A DNA stretch of 64,000 bases from Azolla caroliniana (Eukaryota > Plantae > Polypodiophyta), in assembly GCA_043228905.1 (NCBI GenBank), contig JBHGNT010000003.1, positions 24,304,001-24,368,000 on the forward strand. Reading direction: 5' to 3'. Every line of letters begins with the position of its first letter. The first letter of the stretch is position 1. Of the stretch, positions 1 through 13,700 are shown piece after piece. The notes below the pieces were generated by a model. It saw only the letters and a list, made by a program, of their open reading frames with translations, was not told the DNA's origin and did no database searches. Made by a program: the position numbers and the translations under genes.

Positions 1-1448
1 ATGCCAGTTGAAGCTGATCCGGTCTCGAGCCAATCTCGGGTCTCTTCCCTTCGCGTTGGTGGTGTTGGCTCAAGCTTCCTTGCTGCGACAGAGCCCGCCC
101 CTGTCGATCCTTTGTCAACCCATTCCCACCGTTTGTCGAAACGGCCACAGACCCTTTTCACCACGGCCTAGTCGGCCGTCAGCCCGTCATCAGTCTTCAA
201 TAGGAGGCCTACTTGCTTCCGATCCCGCTCGTCAACTGACTTAACAAACAATAGGACACGACTTGTGTCCAGAACGGTCCGGTGAAGCACCGAGAGGCGC
301 ACGAAGCGTTCCTCAAACTCCCGAAGGAGCACTGACGCGTTCCTTCCTTTGTCGGGGTCTCCACCCACTCCATGAAGTCCCGCTTCGAAAGTCGAAGCGC
401 ATCTTCAAGCCCGTATCTTTCGAGGAGCCGACCTTCGAACTCCTCCCAGGTCCGGCTCTCAGCCTGTACCTCGAGCACCTTCATATGGATGCCCGGCATC
501 GCCACTCGAGGGAATTCAGCTAGACGCCTCTCTTTCGGAATGTCCCTCATTACCATCTCAGCCCGGTAGGACGCCAAGTAGCTTGTGGCATCCTTCCCAC
601 TAAACCGGCCGATCGTACCGACAACCGCTTCGATAGCCCTATCAAGGCCGCCGGTCCCTTCGCGCGCACTCACTATACGGTCCACAGCCGAAGCCATGGC
701 TTCTGCGAGGTCCGACCCCCTCATCTTCTACTCCTCTGCCGCTTGTTCACGTCGGGTTCACCTAATATGTCGCGTTGTGACGCGCGTGCGTGGAGAACAA
801 GGCGGGACCACTAGGGTCTTGGACCGAGGAATAGGTGAGGGAGAAGAGAGAGAGAGAGAGAGAGAGACGCTCACTCACTTATAGACAAAGAAGCGCACGG
901 GGACACGACACAACAACACAGGAGACGCGAGTTGAGAACACTAGAGTATGCATGTATTTGTATGTATGCAAACGACTCGAACGGTTACAGCCGATCAGGT
1001 TGGCGAGGTGGATGCTGACGCCTGATCACCCACGCACACAAGAGGGCAAGATGGAGATTCTGTCGGAAGCACACGGGCGTTCCACGGAGCTGAATCAGCC
1101 TCCTGAGAACCTGCGCAAAAGAAAGCTATGGGGAACGACAGAGAAGAAGAGCTCGGTCCCAGTCCGATAGCACTTCGTTCCTTCTCGCGCGCGATGTCCT
1201 CTCTCCCCCCCCCGTCTCCCTCTTTTTTATAGCTCAAGGAAGGAGGCCATTTCACCCGTTTACATCACATTAATTCTCTGTCCTTTCGGACAGAGATACT
1301 CCTCGGTTTCCCCTATAGAATATTGCTACCTAGGATTTAACCTTTGCGCCTACCTATCTACTTTACGACAAGGGACGTGCCCACGTGTAAGGGCCGGTTC
1401 ACACACATTATACACGGTTTGCGCTTGGGGATGGTTTTCTTCACGACA
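1..1448 (-). mobile_element. 5' part of an LTR retrotransposon (5' LTR plus gag), running off the left edge of the window
   Basis: Minus-strand LTR 1448->768 starts TGTCG and ends CGACA, with a TATA-like CTATAAAA near 1230 and a (TC)n tract. A gag-like ORF starts ~45 nt after the LTR. The partner LTR is outside the window. Confidence 0.65.
209..724 (-). pseudogene. Gag-like ORF of the left-edge LTR element (frameshifted near its 3' end)
   Basis: ORF has GRFSGKDATSYL...TWEEFEGRLLERYG, typical of retrotransposon gag capsid regions. A sensible reading continues in the overlapping 168..368 frame. Confidence 0.6.
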
Positions 1449-3313
1449 ACGTGTAAAATCACATGTAATATGACTCTCCTTACCATGACTCCATTATATG
1501 TGAAGTCATCTTAAAGAACCAAGGTAAACAATTAAATATGCATAAGACATGGTGCATTATAGCTAGGTCTAATGAAAGTGTAATGACTACCAACCCTATT
1601 TATAGCAAAGTATAATTAACATGATTGAGAATGCACATTTTGGGGTTTATTATAGGGTTAACCTCCCTACGTTTTGCCAAGCATGGGGTAATGTGTTGCA
1701 AACCATAATCTCGCATTCGGCAAAACACTATAAAGTTGTCCAAGTTTATTTGCATAAACATAAGTATGAGTATATCTAATACTTCCAGAATGATCCATTA
1801 AATTCATGGTTGGTGTAGTTTTCAACCCGAAAATCTTCACGGATATCTCAAATGCACCCATTCTAAAATGAAGGCGGTATTCTTCTAATATTCGATCACC
1901 ATGCACACTTGATTGTAACCTTATGACCATTGAGAATACAAATTCTAACCGACAATGGTATTGAGGATGGAATTAGTGAAAGGGATGAGAAATGGGTTGG
2001 TGATTGAGGATATATTCAATTTCCCATTCTTTTTTAATACACCACAATCACAATAAGCCATGTAGTGTTCTTGAGAGCCTAGATGAAACCTACCCTCGTG
2101 AGATTACTAATTTCCTCAACGAATCAAGAAGCACAATTAGGGTTAAATTTTGTACCTACTATGTTTGATTGGGGTGGCATCAATCTTCAACTTGGGCTTG
2201 TGGTTGTAGAACCACAGGTGTACACCCTACGTGTCTTTGTAGTACCAAGAGACAAGGCAACTTTAATACGGTGTGCCAATACGTAAAGGATTTGTTTCAT
2301 GAATATTGTAGGTAACAACCCATTGGTGATTTGAAGAAGGCATGGCTATTCTGTTTAACCCAATTTGATTTCTTCAAGTTTTTTAGCATGCACTCCTATT
2401 CCAATGCGCCATCATTCTCGTTGAATTACTCTAAATTCTTTGCACTACCTTTAGAGAGCAACTACTTTACGGATGGCAAAGAAGTGACAATGGGACTTGG
2501 TGTTGTGAGTCATAAGACTAATGTTAAGCAATGAGCATTTGAATTAAGAAGATACTAGTTTAAGGGTGCTTAACCAAACTTGAGTGAAGGACACTAAATG
2601 AACAAAAAATGTAATGTGTCCCATACCACCAAATTCTAGAATATGATTTTTAAGGTTAATTCCAATGCTAATTTAAATCAATAAAGGGCATGATAAGTGG
2701 GAAACAAATTTTAGCTTTAGAATTTATCCTTACTGAGGTTATGCCTATATCATTTGGGATGTAGATCACTAGTATGAGACAACCTTTGGAAGAACATTGT
2801 TCATAGAGGTGGATGACATCTAAGTGTTCAGCTAGGTAATCAATCATATTGGCTTCATCCGTCCCATTGAGGAGATCACTCCTTCCAACCAATGTGATAG
2901 TGAGCCCATGTTGTATGGAGAGGTTTACCTTGGTCTTTTTGCAATGGGAGGACACCACCTAACATGCAAATATAGTCGACCTTGGACTAGGTGGATAAGC
3001 ACTTGTGTTTCAGCCAATGAGTAGCAATTGGGAAGTGTACTAGCATGGATGACGAGATCTTAGAATTGCAAAAAATGATCATTGTACATTTACAACCATG
3101 ATACATGAGGCATCCAATCAATCAAGCTTCGCTATTGGCAAGTATCCAAATCAACACATGAGTCGTCATCCATGATTGCATCGCACATGTGAAAGTTGTT
3201 GATGTAGTGTTAGTACGAGGGACAAATCATTTAATACTAGTAATATGTTTGTCAAATAAATAAATGTGATGTTAACTTGGGCTATTTCTATGGATGAGCC
3301 CACTTATGTGGCA
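1449..3313 (-). mobile_element. Highly degenerate Gypsy pol relic (RT/protease remnants), host of the younger insertions; probably continues at 18765-20500
   Basis: Minus ORF 1667..1930 GDRILEEYRLHFRMGAFEISVKIFGLKTTP resembles the RT motif GDE.KTAFRT.YG.FEY.VMPFGL.NAP. There are many stops. The sequences either side of the CCCAT TSD have similar composition. Confidence 0.4.
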
Positions 3314-3318
3314 CCCAT

Positions 3319-3774
3319 TGTTGTCCAGCGGACAGAAATGTAAAATTAGGAAATTAGCAAACGCCGAGTTCGTGTATCACGGGCCACCGACGGCTCGGTT
3401 GTGTATTAGGGAAAAAGTTATTTAAACGAGGACCAATACCTCAGAGAGGCAGAGAAGAAAAATATAGGCGGAAGCACTAGCTTAGTCCCTCGTAACTAGA
3501 TAAACTTGTAAGGTCACCGGCCATAGGCCGTGTTCTGTAATCTTTTCTGTCATAGTAATATATCTGATTTGTGCCCATTTTGCTCCATGAGTCTGTGCTT
3601 TGATCCATACCTATGAGTTCAACGCCGCCCACGCCTATCAAGACCTCGCTAGTGTTTTCTCTTTGAGCCTTGTCTCTCTCTCGACGCCTCTGTTACGAGC
3701 CTTCACGTACCACGCCCTTGAATACCGATAGCCGCAGATCTATCGAAGAAGTTCACCCAAAGGAACGGGTAACA
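3319..3774 (+). repeat. 5' LTR of the Gypsy element
   Basis: Direct repeat of 18304-18759 with about 16 mismatches by manual comparison; TG...CA termini. Confidence 0.97.
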
Positions 3775-3779
3775 CAATT

Positions 3780-3792
3780 TGGCACGCCCGGT
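3780..3792 (+). promoter_or_regulatory. Primer binding site complementary to the tRNA-Arg(UCU) 3' end
   Basis: TGGCACGCCCGGT lies 5 nt after the LTR. It matches the TGGCACGCCC-type PBS known from Tat/Ogre-related plant elements. Confidence 0.85.
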
Positions 3793-3965
3793 TACAGCTG
3801 TGGGTGCACAGCAAACTTCGTTGAAGGTAACCACCAGCCGCCGTTACGGCGCCCTCTTGCACCACGAGGTCTTGGCCACCCACCCGACGCCCTGAGCCAG
3901 TCGAAGGAACTTCTGACTCGGCGGTCACTGACCAATCCTTTCCCGATCAATCGGAGGCTTGTCCA

Positions 3966-5506
3966 GTGCAATCCTCGCCACCGAACACTCGATCGCGAGT
4001 TGATTCACCACCAAAACCCCCGTCGAGCCCTCCGGAGGTCAATCAACCAGAACTAAACCCTTTTCTGGTGCTACCAGAAGACCCAGAGTACGACATCATG
4101 TCGTACCCATACCCACGATACACCAACGGACCAGACGCGGAGTCACACATCCGTGCCTTCATATCCACGTGGCAGGCTAACCACTCCATGCACCGCCTCA
4201 CGCCGGCCGAAATCGATGCCTCAAAGATTGCCGAGTTCACACTCTCCCTCGATGGACCGGTCGCACGATGGTACTCTCGCCTCGAAATAGGAGAGGCCAC
4301 CACTTTCCAAATCGTGCGCACAAAGTTCCTTGAACTTTTTCATCGCGAGGTGCCTAAACGGGAACTGCTCCGACAATTCTTCTCTATATGCCAGGAACCG
4401 CACGAAACAGTCGCACAGTTCACGATCCGGTTCCAGGATCTCTACAGACAAGTGGTCGATAATGTCTTGGCACAACATATACCAGACATTTTCCTATCCA
4501 GTTTACGAGAGCCTCTCGCACTTACAAATTTTGCCAACCATACTATCAAACAAGTCATAGCGTGCGTTCTCGCCCTCGATCGGACCAGCACGGCGCGACC
4601 TTCTCGATGACATCCTTGCAAAACGCTCTTCCCCAAGAGGACAATCGCTTTCGCCAAGCCCTCCAATGCATGACGTGTTCAGGATCAGGTCACCTGGCCC
4701 TCGAATGTCCCCACCGACCACAGTGTCTGATCTGTCAGTCTCGAGCTCACACGGTCGAGCAGTGCGAATATAATATGCTGAACCACACAACAGCGGCACC
4801 GGTCCGCTAGATCGAGCCACGAAATACATACTCTCGGCAGGACGAGCGATATATCTACCGAGACCAGGATAACGACCGACCGCGATCCTCAGATCGATGA
4901 CGCCGAGACGACGACTATCGACGTGATGACCGCCGTGATCATTATCGCGATGACCGACATGACGATTATGCTCGATATGATGACGATCACGATGACCGGT
5001 ATGACCGACGGAACTCATGCATTGATCGGCAAAACGGCAACTGCAACACACGCAACAAAAGAAGACCTAATGACAACCGCCGACGGGACGCTCCTCAAAA
5101 TGACCAGCGCAACTCCAACGCACCTCGGAACAACCCACCACCAAACGAGACCGAGAATCAACAACAATAGCTTCCACACACAGACCGAGCGGACACCAGC
5201 AGCTCGGCCAACGTGACATGTTTTAAATGTAATCAACCAGGCCACTACGCTACACAATGTCCGACAACCAACCGTGGCAAGGCACCCGCGGTGAACAGTA
5301 TCATGGCCGATGTTCAAACGGTCACTACCCGGAGTAAAGCGCAGACTAGTCAGTGGAAAATGCAGGATGAAGTACGTCAGGCAGCAAAAGAATGGATCGA
5401 CACGGCCAATAAGAATAATGTCGTACACATGCAAACTGACATGAGAGACGGGCCCAGTGAAGTACCACAAACCTCGGCACCATCCACGTCGTCGGAGGAC
5501 GACTAG
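3966..5506 (+). pseudogene. Gypsy gag (frameshifted, with stops) with three CCHC-type zinc knuckles
   Basis: Capsid-like YPYPRYTNGPDAESHIRAF...SLDGPVARWY...QEPHETVAQF. Knuckles CMTCSGSGHLALEC, CLICQSRAHTVEQC and CFKCNQPGHYATQC lie in successive ORF fragments. Confidence 0.9.
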
Positions 5507-5566
5507 CTATGGGATGTTCTTACCAACTCCCGCATCTCGCTGCCCCTACATAAACTGCTACCACTC

Positions 5567-8500
5567 ATGCCGAGATTTCGGGACACCCTGGCGGCACTCC
5601 AGGCCAATACTAAGCCCGTGACGCCACCGGTACACCTCACCGAAGCAGGAACTGGTCCACCACTCATGGATTCTCAGAACCCAGCCGTGCGAATCATCAT
5701 TTCATCATTAAGGGACAAGACCTGCACGGATGCATCATCGACGACGGATTCGGCGTAAACGTTATTAGCGAGTCAACATGTCTCAACCTCGGCCTGAATC
5801 AATGGGAACCATGCCCCTTTTGGCTTCGAATGGCCGACACCCGCTCCGTTCGCCCCATTGGTTTAATCCGCCATCTCGACTTCACACTCGGAGGCCACAT
5901 GTTCACGATCTCGGCCGTCGTGCTAAGACTGGAGACACAAGGCGCCTACCCACTGTTACTAGGTCAACCATGGTTGCGTACAACGAATATCAAGCAACAT
6001 TGGCAACGCAACATGATCTCGTTCCGAAGAGGCAAGACAAAAGTCTGCATCATCACTGAAGAACGAGTCCCCGTCGCCCTCAACACTTCACCATTTGGCC
6101 GATAAGGAGGTCGATGACTTCCTAGATGATCATCCCTCTCTTCGAAATAGATGCCTTACCAACCACCGAGCCATCTAAAGACGAGGAAGTCACGGAGGAG
6201 TCACCACCCCAAGATGAACCAGATCCAACCACAGTTGTCGAGCTACGTCATGCTCGGGAGGCTTTCGAACGCAAACTCGCCATTTCACGAGTGAAAGCAT
6301 CAACCCTGGAAAAAATAAACCTCGGTTCGGACGAGAATCCCCGTACGTTACAAATTGCCAATAATCTACCAACCGGAGAATGGGCATGCCTCGTAAAATT
6401 GCTCACCGACTACCATGATGTTTTCACTTGGTCTTACACCGATATGAAGGGGCTGGATCCTCAATACTACCAACATCAAATTCATATCTTACCCGACACT
6501 CGGCCGGTTCAGCAGAGGCGCTATAGGATGAACCCCAACTACGCCGCTAAAGTCAAAGAGGAAATCGACAAACTACTCTGAGTGGGCTTCATTCGCCCTG
6601 TTAAACGGGCCACGTGGTTGAGCCCGATCGTAGTGGTCCCAAAGAAGAACGGAAAAATACGCGTCTGCGTCGACTATCGGAAGCTTAACGCGGCAACAGT
6701 CACCGACGGTTTCCCTCTCCCATTCACGGATAGCGTCCTCGACACGGTAGCCGGCCACGAATGCTACAGTTTCCTCGACGGGTTCAACGGCTATAACCAG
6801 ATAAGAATGCACCCGGAGGATCAGGAGAAAACCGCTTTCGTCATGGAATGGGGTGTTTTTGTAGCAGAAGTTATGATGTTCGATCTAAAAACGGCGCCGG
6901 CTACGTTCCAGCGCATCATCACCGAAATCTTTCATGACTACATCCCGGCATTCATGCAAGTCTTTCTCGACGATTTCGCCGTGTATGGCCATTGACGGGA
7001 ACACATGACCCAGTTACGACTCTGCCTGGACCGATGTCGCCAAGCTCGATTGAGTTTAAACCCGACGAAATGCGCGTTCTTAGTCACCAGCGACAACCTT
7101 CTCGACCACATTGTCAGTCAAGAAGGCATCGCTATGGACCTAGATAAAGTAAAGGCAATCCTGAATGACACTGCACCCTCGAACGTTAAGGCACTAAGCT
7201 ATTTTTTGGGACAGATCCGGTGGCACAGCTGTATGATACGACACCTGGCCGATTTCGCGACACCTTTACACGCGGCAGTCCATCGCCTTCCTTTCCAATG
7301 GATATCAATCGAGGACACGGCCTATCAGACCCTAAAACGAATGTTGTCACATGCCCCGGTGGTCCAGTCCCCGGTTTGGTCCAAACCGTTTCATGTCTTT
7401 GTAGATGCTTCGGACATCGCCATCGGAAGTGCCCTGATGCAATGCACACCCCCGAATTGGTATAGGCCCGTGTACTACGCCAGCCGACGGCTCTCGACCG
7501 CGGAAAAGAATTACTCCACCACCGAGCAGGAGGCCCTCGGTATGATTTATAGCATCAATAAATTTCGGCATTACCTCTTGGGCCGAAAATTTACCTTTCA
7601 CGTGGATCACTCAGCCCTTCTTTATTTGGTCAATAAACAAGCCCTCACCGGACGGTTGGCTCGGTGGATGTTCCTACTACAAGAGTTTGATTTCCAGATT
7701 CAGCATCGACCTGGGGTACAACATGCCGTCGCCGACTACTTGAGACGTCTTGAGTCAGGGGAACCGGCGAAAACAACGTACGACGAGCTACCAGACGCCA
7801 ACCTATTTAACCTGACCACGATACCAGACGATAACGGAGATGAATGGATCACGGAGAGGACCCATTTTCTCACTACCGGTGTACCTCCCAAGCACATGAC
7901 CCTTGACACGAGAAAACGCCTAGCAGTGCGTAGCCGGAATTTTTGCCTCGTCTCAGACATTCTCTACCACAAAGGCTCGGACAACATATGGCGCCGAGCG
8001 ATTCGGCAATTCGAGAAGAACGCCATTCTTCAGGAAGCCCACCAAGGAGTAGCTGGGGGGCACTACGCTGGGGATTCCACGACAAGGAAAGTTTGGCAAA
8101 GTGGATTGTGGTGGCCGACAACGAAGAAAGACGCTCACGAGTTTTGCCGGCAGTGCGATTTGTGCCAAGGACTGGAGCAACCAATGGAACAGTCACGGAT
8201 GCCACACCAGCTGATTCTTCCGTTGGACCCATTTCAAAAATGGGGTTTGGATTTTGTAGGCCCTTTCAAACCACCCGCGGCCCGAACAGGGAATAGGTAT
8301 ATTATCGTTGCCACGGATTACTGCACCAAATGGGTCGAGGCTAAGGCACTCCGAGATAACACGGTGGCATCCACAGCTAAATTCGTGTACGATCACCTCT
8401 GGTGCCATTACAGATGCCCAATCGAGCTCGTTAGTGATCAAGGTGGGCACTTCATCAATCATATAATATGTGAGCTTACACACCACTACGCGGTGGTGCA

Positions 8501-9185
8501 CAAGAAAAGCACACCATACTACCCGCAAGCGAACGGCTTGGCGGAATCGACCAATAAAATCCTCCAAACCATACTGAAGAAGATCGTCAATGAAAACAGG
8601 ACCGACTGGGATGACAAACTCCAGAGCGTGCTATGGGCGTATCGTACGACTTTCAAAACAAGCATCCAATCAACCACCTTTCGAATGGCGTTCGGGTTAG
8701 AAGCCGTAATGCCCATCGAGTTCCAAGTCCCGAGCCTCCGAGTTCAAGTCAAAGCACGGCTCCCCGAGGGCCAATCCGAGCAATACCGGCTGGAACAACT
8801 CCTCGAACTCGGTGAAGATAGGATAGAGAGTATGGCCCAGCTCGAACAATGCCAACGGCAACGCAAGGCTTTCGTGGATCAACATCGACACAGGCTAGAG
8901 AAGGAGCTCACCATCGGCAAACCAGTTCTTCTTTTTCAAACACGACTCGGGTCAATGCCGGGAAAATTAAGATTTCGGTGGACCGGTCCATTCTGGATTA
9001 TCGACGAGTTCAACGGAACGTTCCAGCTCAGCACACTCGCCGGCGAAACTGTCAAAAGCTGGGCCAATGGTTTCCGGCTTCGACCATATCGAGGGACTAC
9101 ACCACCCAACCCGTTTTCCAAGCCACATGACACAAACGAGTTTCGGGAGACCACCACGGAGGAGGCCACGTGTCCCCCTGAATAA
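5567..9185 (+). pseudogene. Gypsy pol (protease, reverse transcriptase, RNase H, integrase), broken by several stops and frameshifts
   Basis: Protease remnant CIIDDGFGVN...YPLLLGQPWL. RT WLSPIVVVPKKNGKIRVCVDYRKLN...VFLDDF. RH FVDASDIA...RPVYYASR. INT H..GGH...C..C, WGLDFVGP, SDQGGHF, YPQANGLAE, RWTGPF. Stops at ~6105, 6581 and 6995. Confidence 0.96.
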
Positions 9186-10094
9186 GGACTCACCCACCTT
9201 GAAATTAATAAAAGTAGTAGTAGGTAGGATTAACCATAGTTTAGCCACCGATTAGCTACACCTACACCACCCACCTAGGCACCCACAATTTTAGGAGCAG
9301 CTCTCGCCACCACTCATTTAGTACCTATTTAAGCACATGCAAAGCACTAGAAGCACCCCACTCACCTTCAGGACACGTGGTGCTAGTCACTTATTATGGC
9401 ACCCACGACTCAGAATCTTCAGGATTTGCTTCAGGCACAAAACCCTAGGAGTAAGTTACTAAAACTGTTTCCAAAACGCAGCACAGACACAAAAGTTCAT
9501 TATCACTCCCCATCTCCATCGCTCTCAAGCTCAGAAACCCCGTCTCGCTCTCATTGCGCTAAACGCTCTTGCTCTCAAGCCCTCTTTCGCTCTCATAACC
9601 CCTCTGCTGGACTTTCCCTTCCTGTTGTTCCTCCTGTGTCTTGCCCTCGCCTCATCACTCTTCTTCATGCTTCCACACAGTCGAACCTCGTCTCCATCTC
9701 CACCATGCCTTTTACCGCTTCAACAGAAACCCACGCCTGGCTCCAGGAACGAGGAATGGGCGGTTACCTGCAGATCATCGATGCCCCCGCGCACCCAGAT
9801 GCCCAAGTTGTGGCTAAACGTATAAGTCCCGAAGCCATCACCAACAACGTGCTTCGAGCTGTTTTGGACCTGCAACGGGGCGGGGACCATGAGGTCGACA
9901 TACCCCCGGCATCAAAGATGAAAGCGTATTTCGGTGAGTACTCAGCCTCAGGGAAGGCATATCGCACGTATGGCGGTCCCAACAGAGCTTTCGGGGAGAT
10001 TGCTCGTATATTAATGGAGTATGCATTCGTGCATACGAACCCAACAAGCATGCCGCAAAACAAGGCAACCATCATCATCAACGCATATGAAGGA

Positions 10095-10423
10095 TGTTGG
10101 GATTTCGGTCCCTCCGGATGGGATGTCCGGAGATGAATGACGGCAAGCCCGGTTGCGGTTACGGAACCGGAGGATGAAGAGTACCCGGCATGAAGCCGGA
10201 TGAAGAAGACCCCGGCTACGGAGCCGGATGACGAATGCACCCGGAGAGAGATCCGGATGCGGGGACATATCTGTGAATATGTTTGCCAAGGGCCCTTGAG
10301 GCTATATTTGTAAATAGCCCGAAAGTCATATGTGTATAAATATGACTTAGGGCAAACAGTTTATGTGGTTGTTACTCATTTTTCTGTTTTCCACTTAGAG
10401 GGAGCTAAGTGAGCAGCCGAGAA

Positions 10424-10467
<44 letters not shown>

Positions 10468-10730
10468 GAAGAGGTCGTTGCCTTTGTGTATTACCGCCGC
10501 CTGTGGCGAAGACAGTGAGCTCAAGGTTGTTGCCTTGAAGCTTCACCATTGTACATCTCTGTTTATAGTGATAGTTGGAGTTTGAGGACTCCCGTGGTTT
10601 TTCCCATTTAGGGTTTTCCACGTAAAACATCCAGTGTACTCTTCTCTCTATTGTCTTCGTGCATTTTGTATTTCCTGTTTTCAGTGAGTTGATCCTATTC
10701 CTCGGTGGTGGCCGAGCACTGTGTTTAACA
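10095..10730 (+). repeat. Copia 5' LTR (636 bp)
   Basis: Near-identical to 14846-15495, with an internal (GA)n tract and short GCCGGATGA-containing repeats. Confidence 0.97.
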
Positions 10731-10761
10731 AAGTGGTATCAGAGCGACGGTAACACAGAAA

Positions 10762-13700
10762 ATGGAAGGCGGCGGTAGTGGGCCTCCGGGCATGATGGTG
10801 TTGAACTCACAGAACTACGCCGACTGGAAGATAAAGATGGAAGACCTTCTCATCGTCCGAGACCTGTACGAACCAATCGAAAATGCCGAGATACCCAAGG
10901 GGGTAATAGAGTCGGAGTGGAAGCTCCTGAACCGGAAAGCCGTAGCGACGATCCGGCAATATGTCGATGTAAGTGTTCTGCAACATGTGGCGAACGATAC
11001 GAACGCCTATGAGATGTGGCAGAAGCTGTCCGGACTGTATGAGAGGAAGAATGCTCTGACCCGGACCTCCCTGATGAGGAAGATAGTGAATCTCAAGTAC
11101 CGGGACGGAGAGAGCATGGTCGAACACGTCAGCACGTTCATGGGATTCGTGAACCAGCTTGCGGCGATCAAGTTCCCGTTGGATGACGCAATGCAAGCCA
11201 TCATGCTGATGTGTACCCTTCCGGAGAGCTGGGAGAACTTGGTAGTTACTCTCAGCACCTCCTGTAAGGAAGAGAACTTGTCTTTACTAACGGTAAAGAC
11301 AAGTATTCTAAATGAAGAAGCGCGTCGGAGAGATAAAGAACCGGCCTCCGACTCGAAGGCGTTGCTTACCGAATCGGAACGGGGAAGACAACAGAACCGG
11401 AGTCCGCAAAGACGGGAGAAGTCGGGGACACGGTCGCAGTCGAGGGGAAGACCTACATGCTTCTACTGTGGGAAGCCGGGGCACTTCCAGAAGAACTGTC
11501 GGCATTTCCGGAAAGATAACGGAACCGACGGCACCGATTTGAAGAAGTCACCGGAGCGAAACGGTGCATACCGGGGAGCCACGGACCGGAGAGGTCCGGA
11601 TCGGCGAGGGCAGGACCGGAAAGGAACGACGGCACTCGCGGCAAGTGAAGAAGAGATAATGCTCATTACCGAAGAGAGGGAGCTGAACCTTGCCGGTGAA
11701 GAGATGACCTGGGTGGTCGATTCCGGAGCGTCGTTCCACCTGACCCCGGAGAAGAAATACTTCTCATCCTACACAGCCGGTGAGCACGGCTGTGTCCGGA
11801 TGGGAAATGAAGGTACATGCCGGATTGCCGGCATAGGAGACGTGTGGCTGACGACATCAACCGGATGCAAGATGCTGCTGAAGGATGTCCGACACGTTCC
11901 GGAGGTTCGATTGAACCTGATTTCGGCCGGGAGGCTAGACGATGAAGGCTACACGGGTAGCATCCGGAACGGAGTCATGAAGTTCAGCAAAGGGAGCCTG
12001 ATAGTGGCTCGGGCCCGGAAGGTCAACACGATGTACCTGATGAATTCCCGGCTATGTCCGGAGGAGCTGAACGTGGCAGCTGACACTGCCGGTGAGCTGT
12101 GGCACAAGAGACTGTGCCACATGAGCGAGAAGGGGATGAAGAGGCTTGCCGAAGATAACCTGATACCGGTAAAGCACGTACACTTGGGGAAGTGTACCGA
12201 CTGTCTGGCCGGTAAGCAGAACAGAACCTCCTTCCACTCAAGGCCACCGACGAGACGTAGTGTACCATTGGAGTTGGTACACACTGATGTGTGTCAGGTA
12301 GAAACGAAGTCACATGGCGGAGCCCAGTACTTCGTAACATTCATAGATGACCATAGCCGGAAGCTGTGGACGGCACCATTGAAGACAAAGGACCAAGTAT
12401 TGTCCGTCTTCAAAGAACTCCACGCGAGAGTGGAAAGAGAATCCGGCAAGAAGCTGAAAGCACTACGAGCGGATAACAGAGGAGAATACCGAGGGCAATT
12501 TGAGGAGTATTGTCGCTCGAAGGGAATCCGGCTCGAGTTTACCGTGCCGAAGACGCCGGAACTAAACGGGCTGGCCGAGAGGATGAACCGGACCATAATG
12601 GAGAGGGTCCGGAGTATGCTGGCGCATGCGAAATTACCCAAGGGGTTTTGGGCTGAGGCAATGTTGACGGCGACATACGTGATAAACAGATCACCCTCAG
12701 TACCTTTGGACGGAGACACGCCGCAGAAAGTGTGGACCGGTAAGGAAGTGTCCTACCGACATCTGAAGGTGTTCGGGTGTCTCGCATACGTGCATGTGGC
12801 AAAGGACCGGAGAGGAAAGTTAGATCCAAAGACCTGGCCATGCATATTCCTCGGTTACGGCGACGACGAGTTCGGCTACCGAGTATGGGACCCGGTCGAC
12901 AAGAAGATATTCAGGAGTCGAGATATCATCTTCATGGAGGACAAGACACTCGCCGACTGGGAGTCGGAGAAGAAGATGAAGAGCTCCAAGTCGACCGGTG
13001 AGAATCAACTCTACGAGGAGCAGTCCCGACCGGCACGGGACCGGTTAGCACTCGAGGATCCGGCCGAAGACGGTGAAGAAAAAGAACCGGCCGAGGAAGA
13101 TGAAACTGATACCGGAACCGGCCCCGATCCCGAAATGGATTCGGATGAAGAGGAAACGGAGGAGCCGGTTACCGAAGCTCCGGAACGGAGATATCCTCTA
13201 AGAGAGAGAAGGGCCCCCCGGAGATTTCCGGATCCAGAGCACGTGTTGCTGACCGACGAGGGGGAGCCGGAGAGCTTTGAAGAAGCAAAGCATGACACCC
13301 AGAGCCGCAAGTGGTTAAGTGCCATGCAGGAGGAGATGGATTCCCTACATGAGAACCACACATATGAACTTGTGGAGTTGCCGAAAGGAAAGCGGGCACT
13401 TCGAAACAAGTGGGTGTTCAAGCTGAAACCGGGAGATGCCGGAAACCCCCCGAGATACAAAGCCAGGATCGTGGTGAAGGGGTTCCAGCAGAAGAAGGGC
13501 GTCGACTTCGACGAGATATTTGCCCTGGTAGTGAAGATGACCTCCATCCGGACGGTGCTGAGCATAGCGGCAAGCATGGACCTCGAGGTAGAACAGATGG
13601 ACGTGAAGACGGCATTCCTTCACGGTGACCTCGAAGAAGAGATCTACATGCAGCAACCGGAAGGATTCGAGAAGAAAGGGAAGGAGCACCTGGTATGCCG

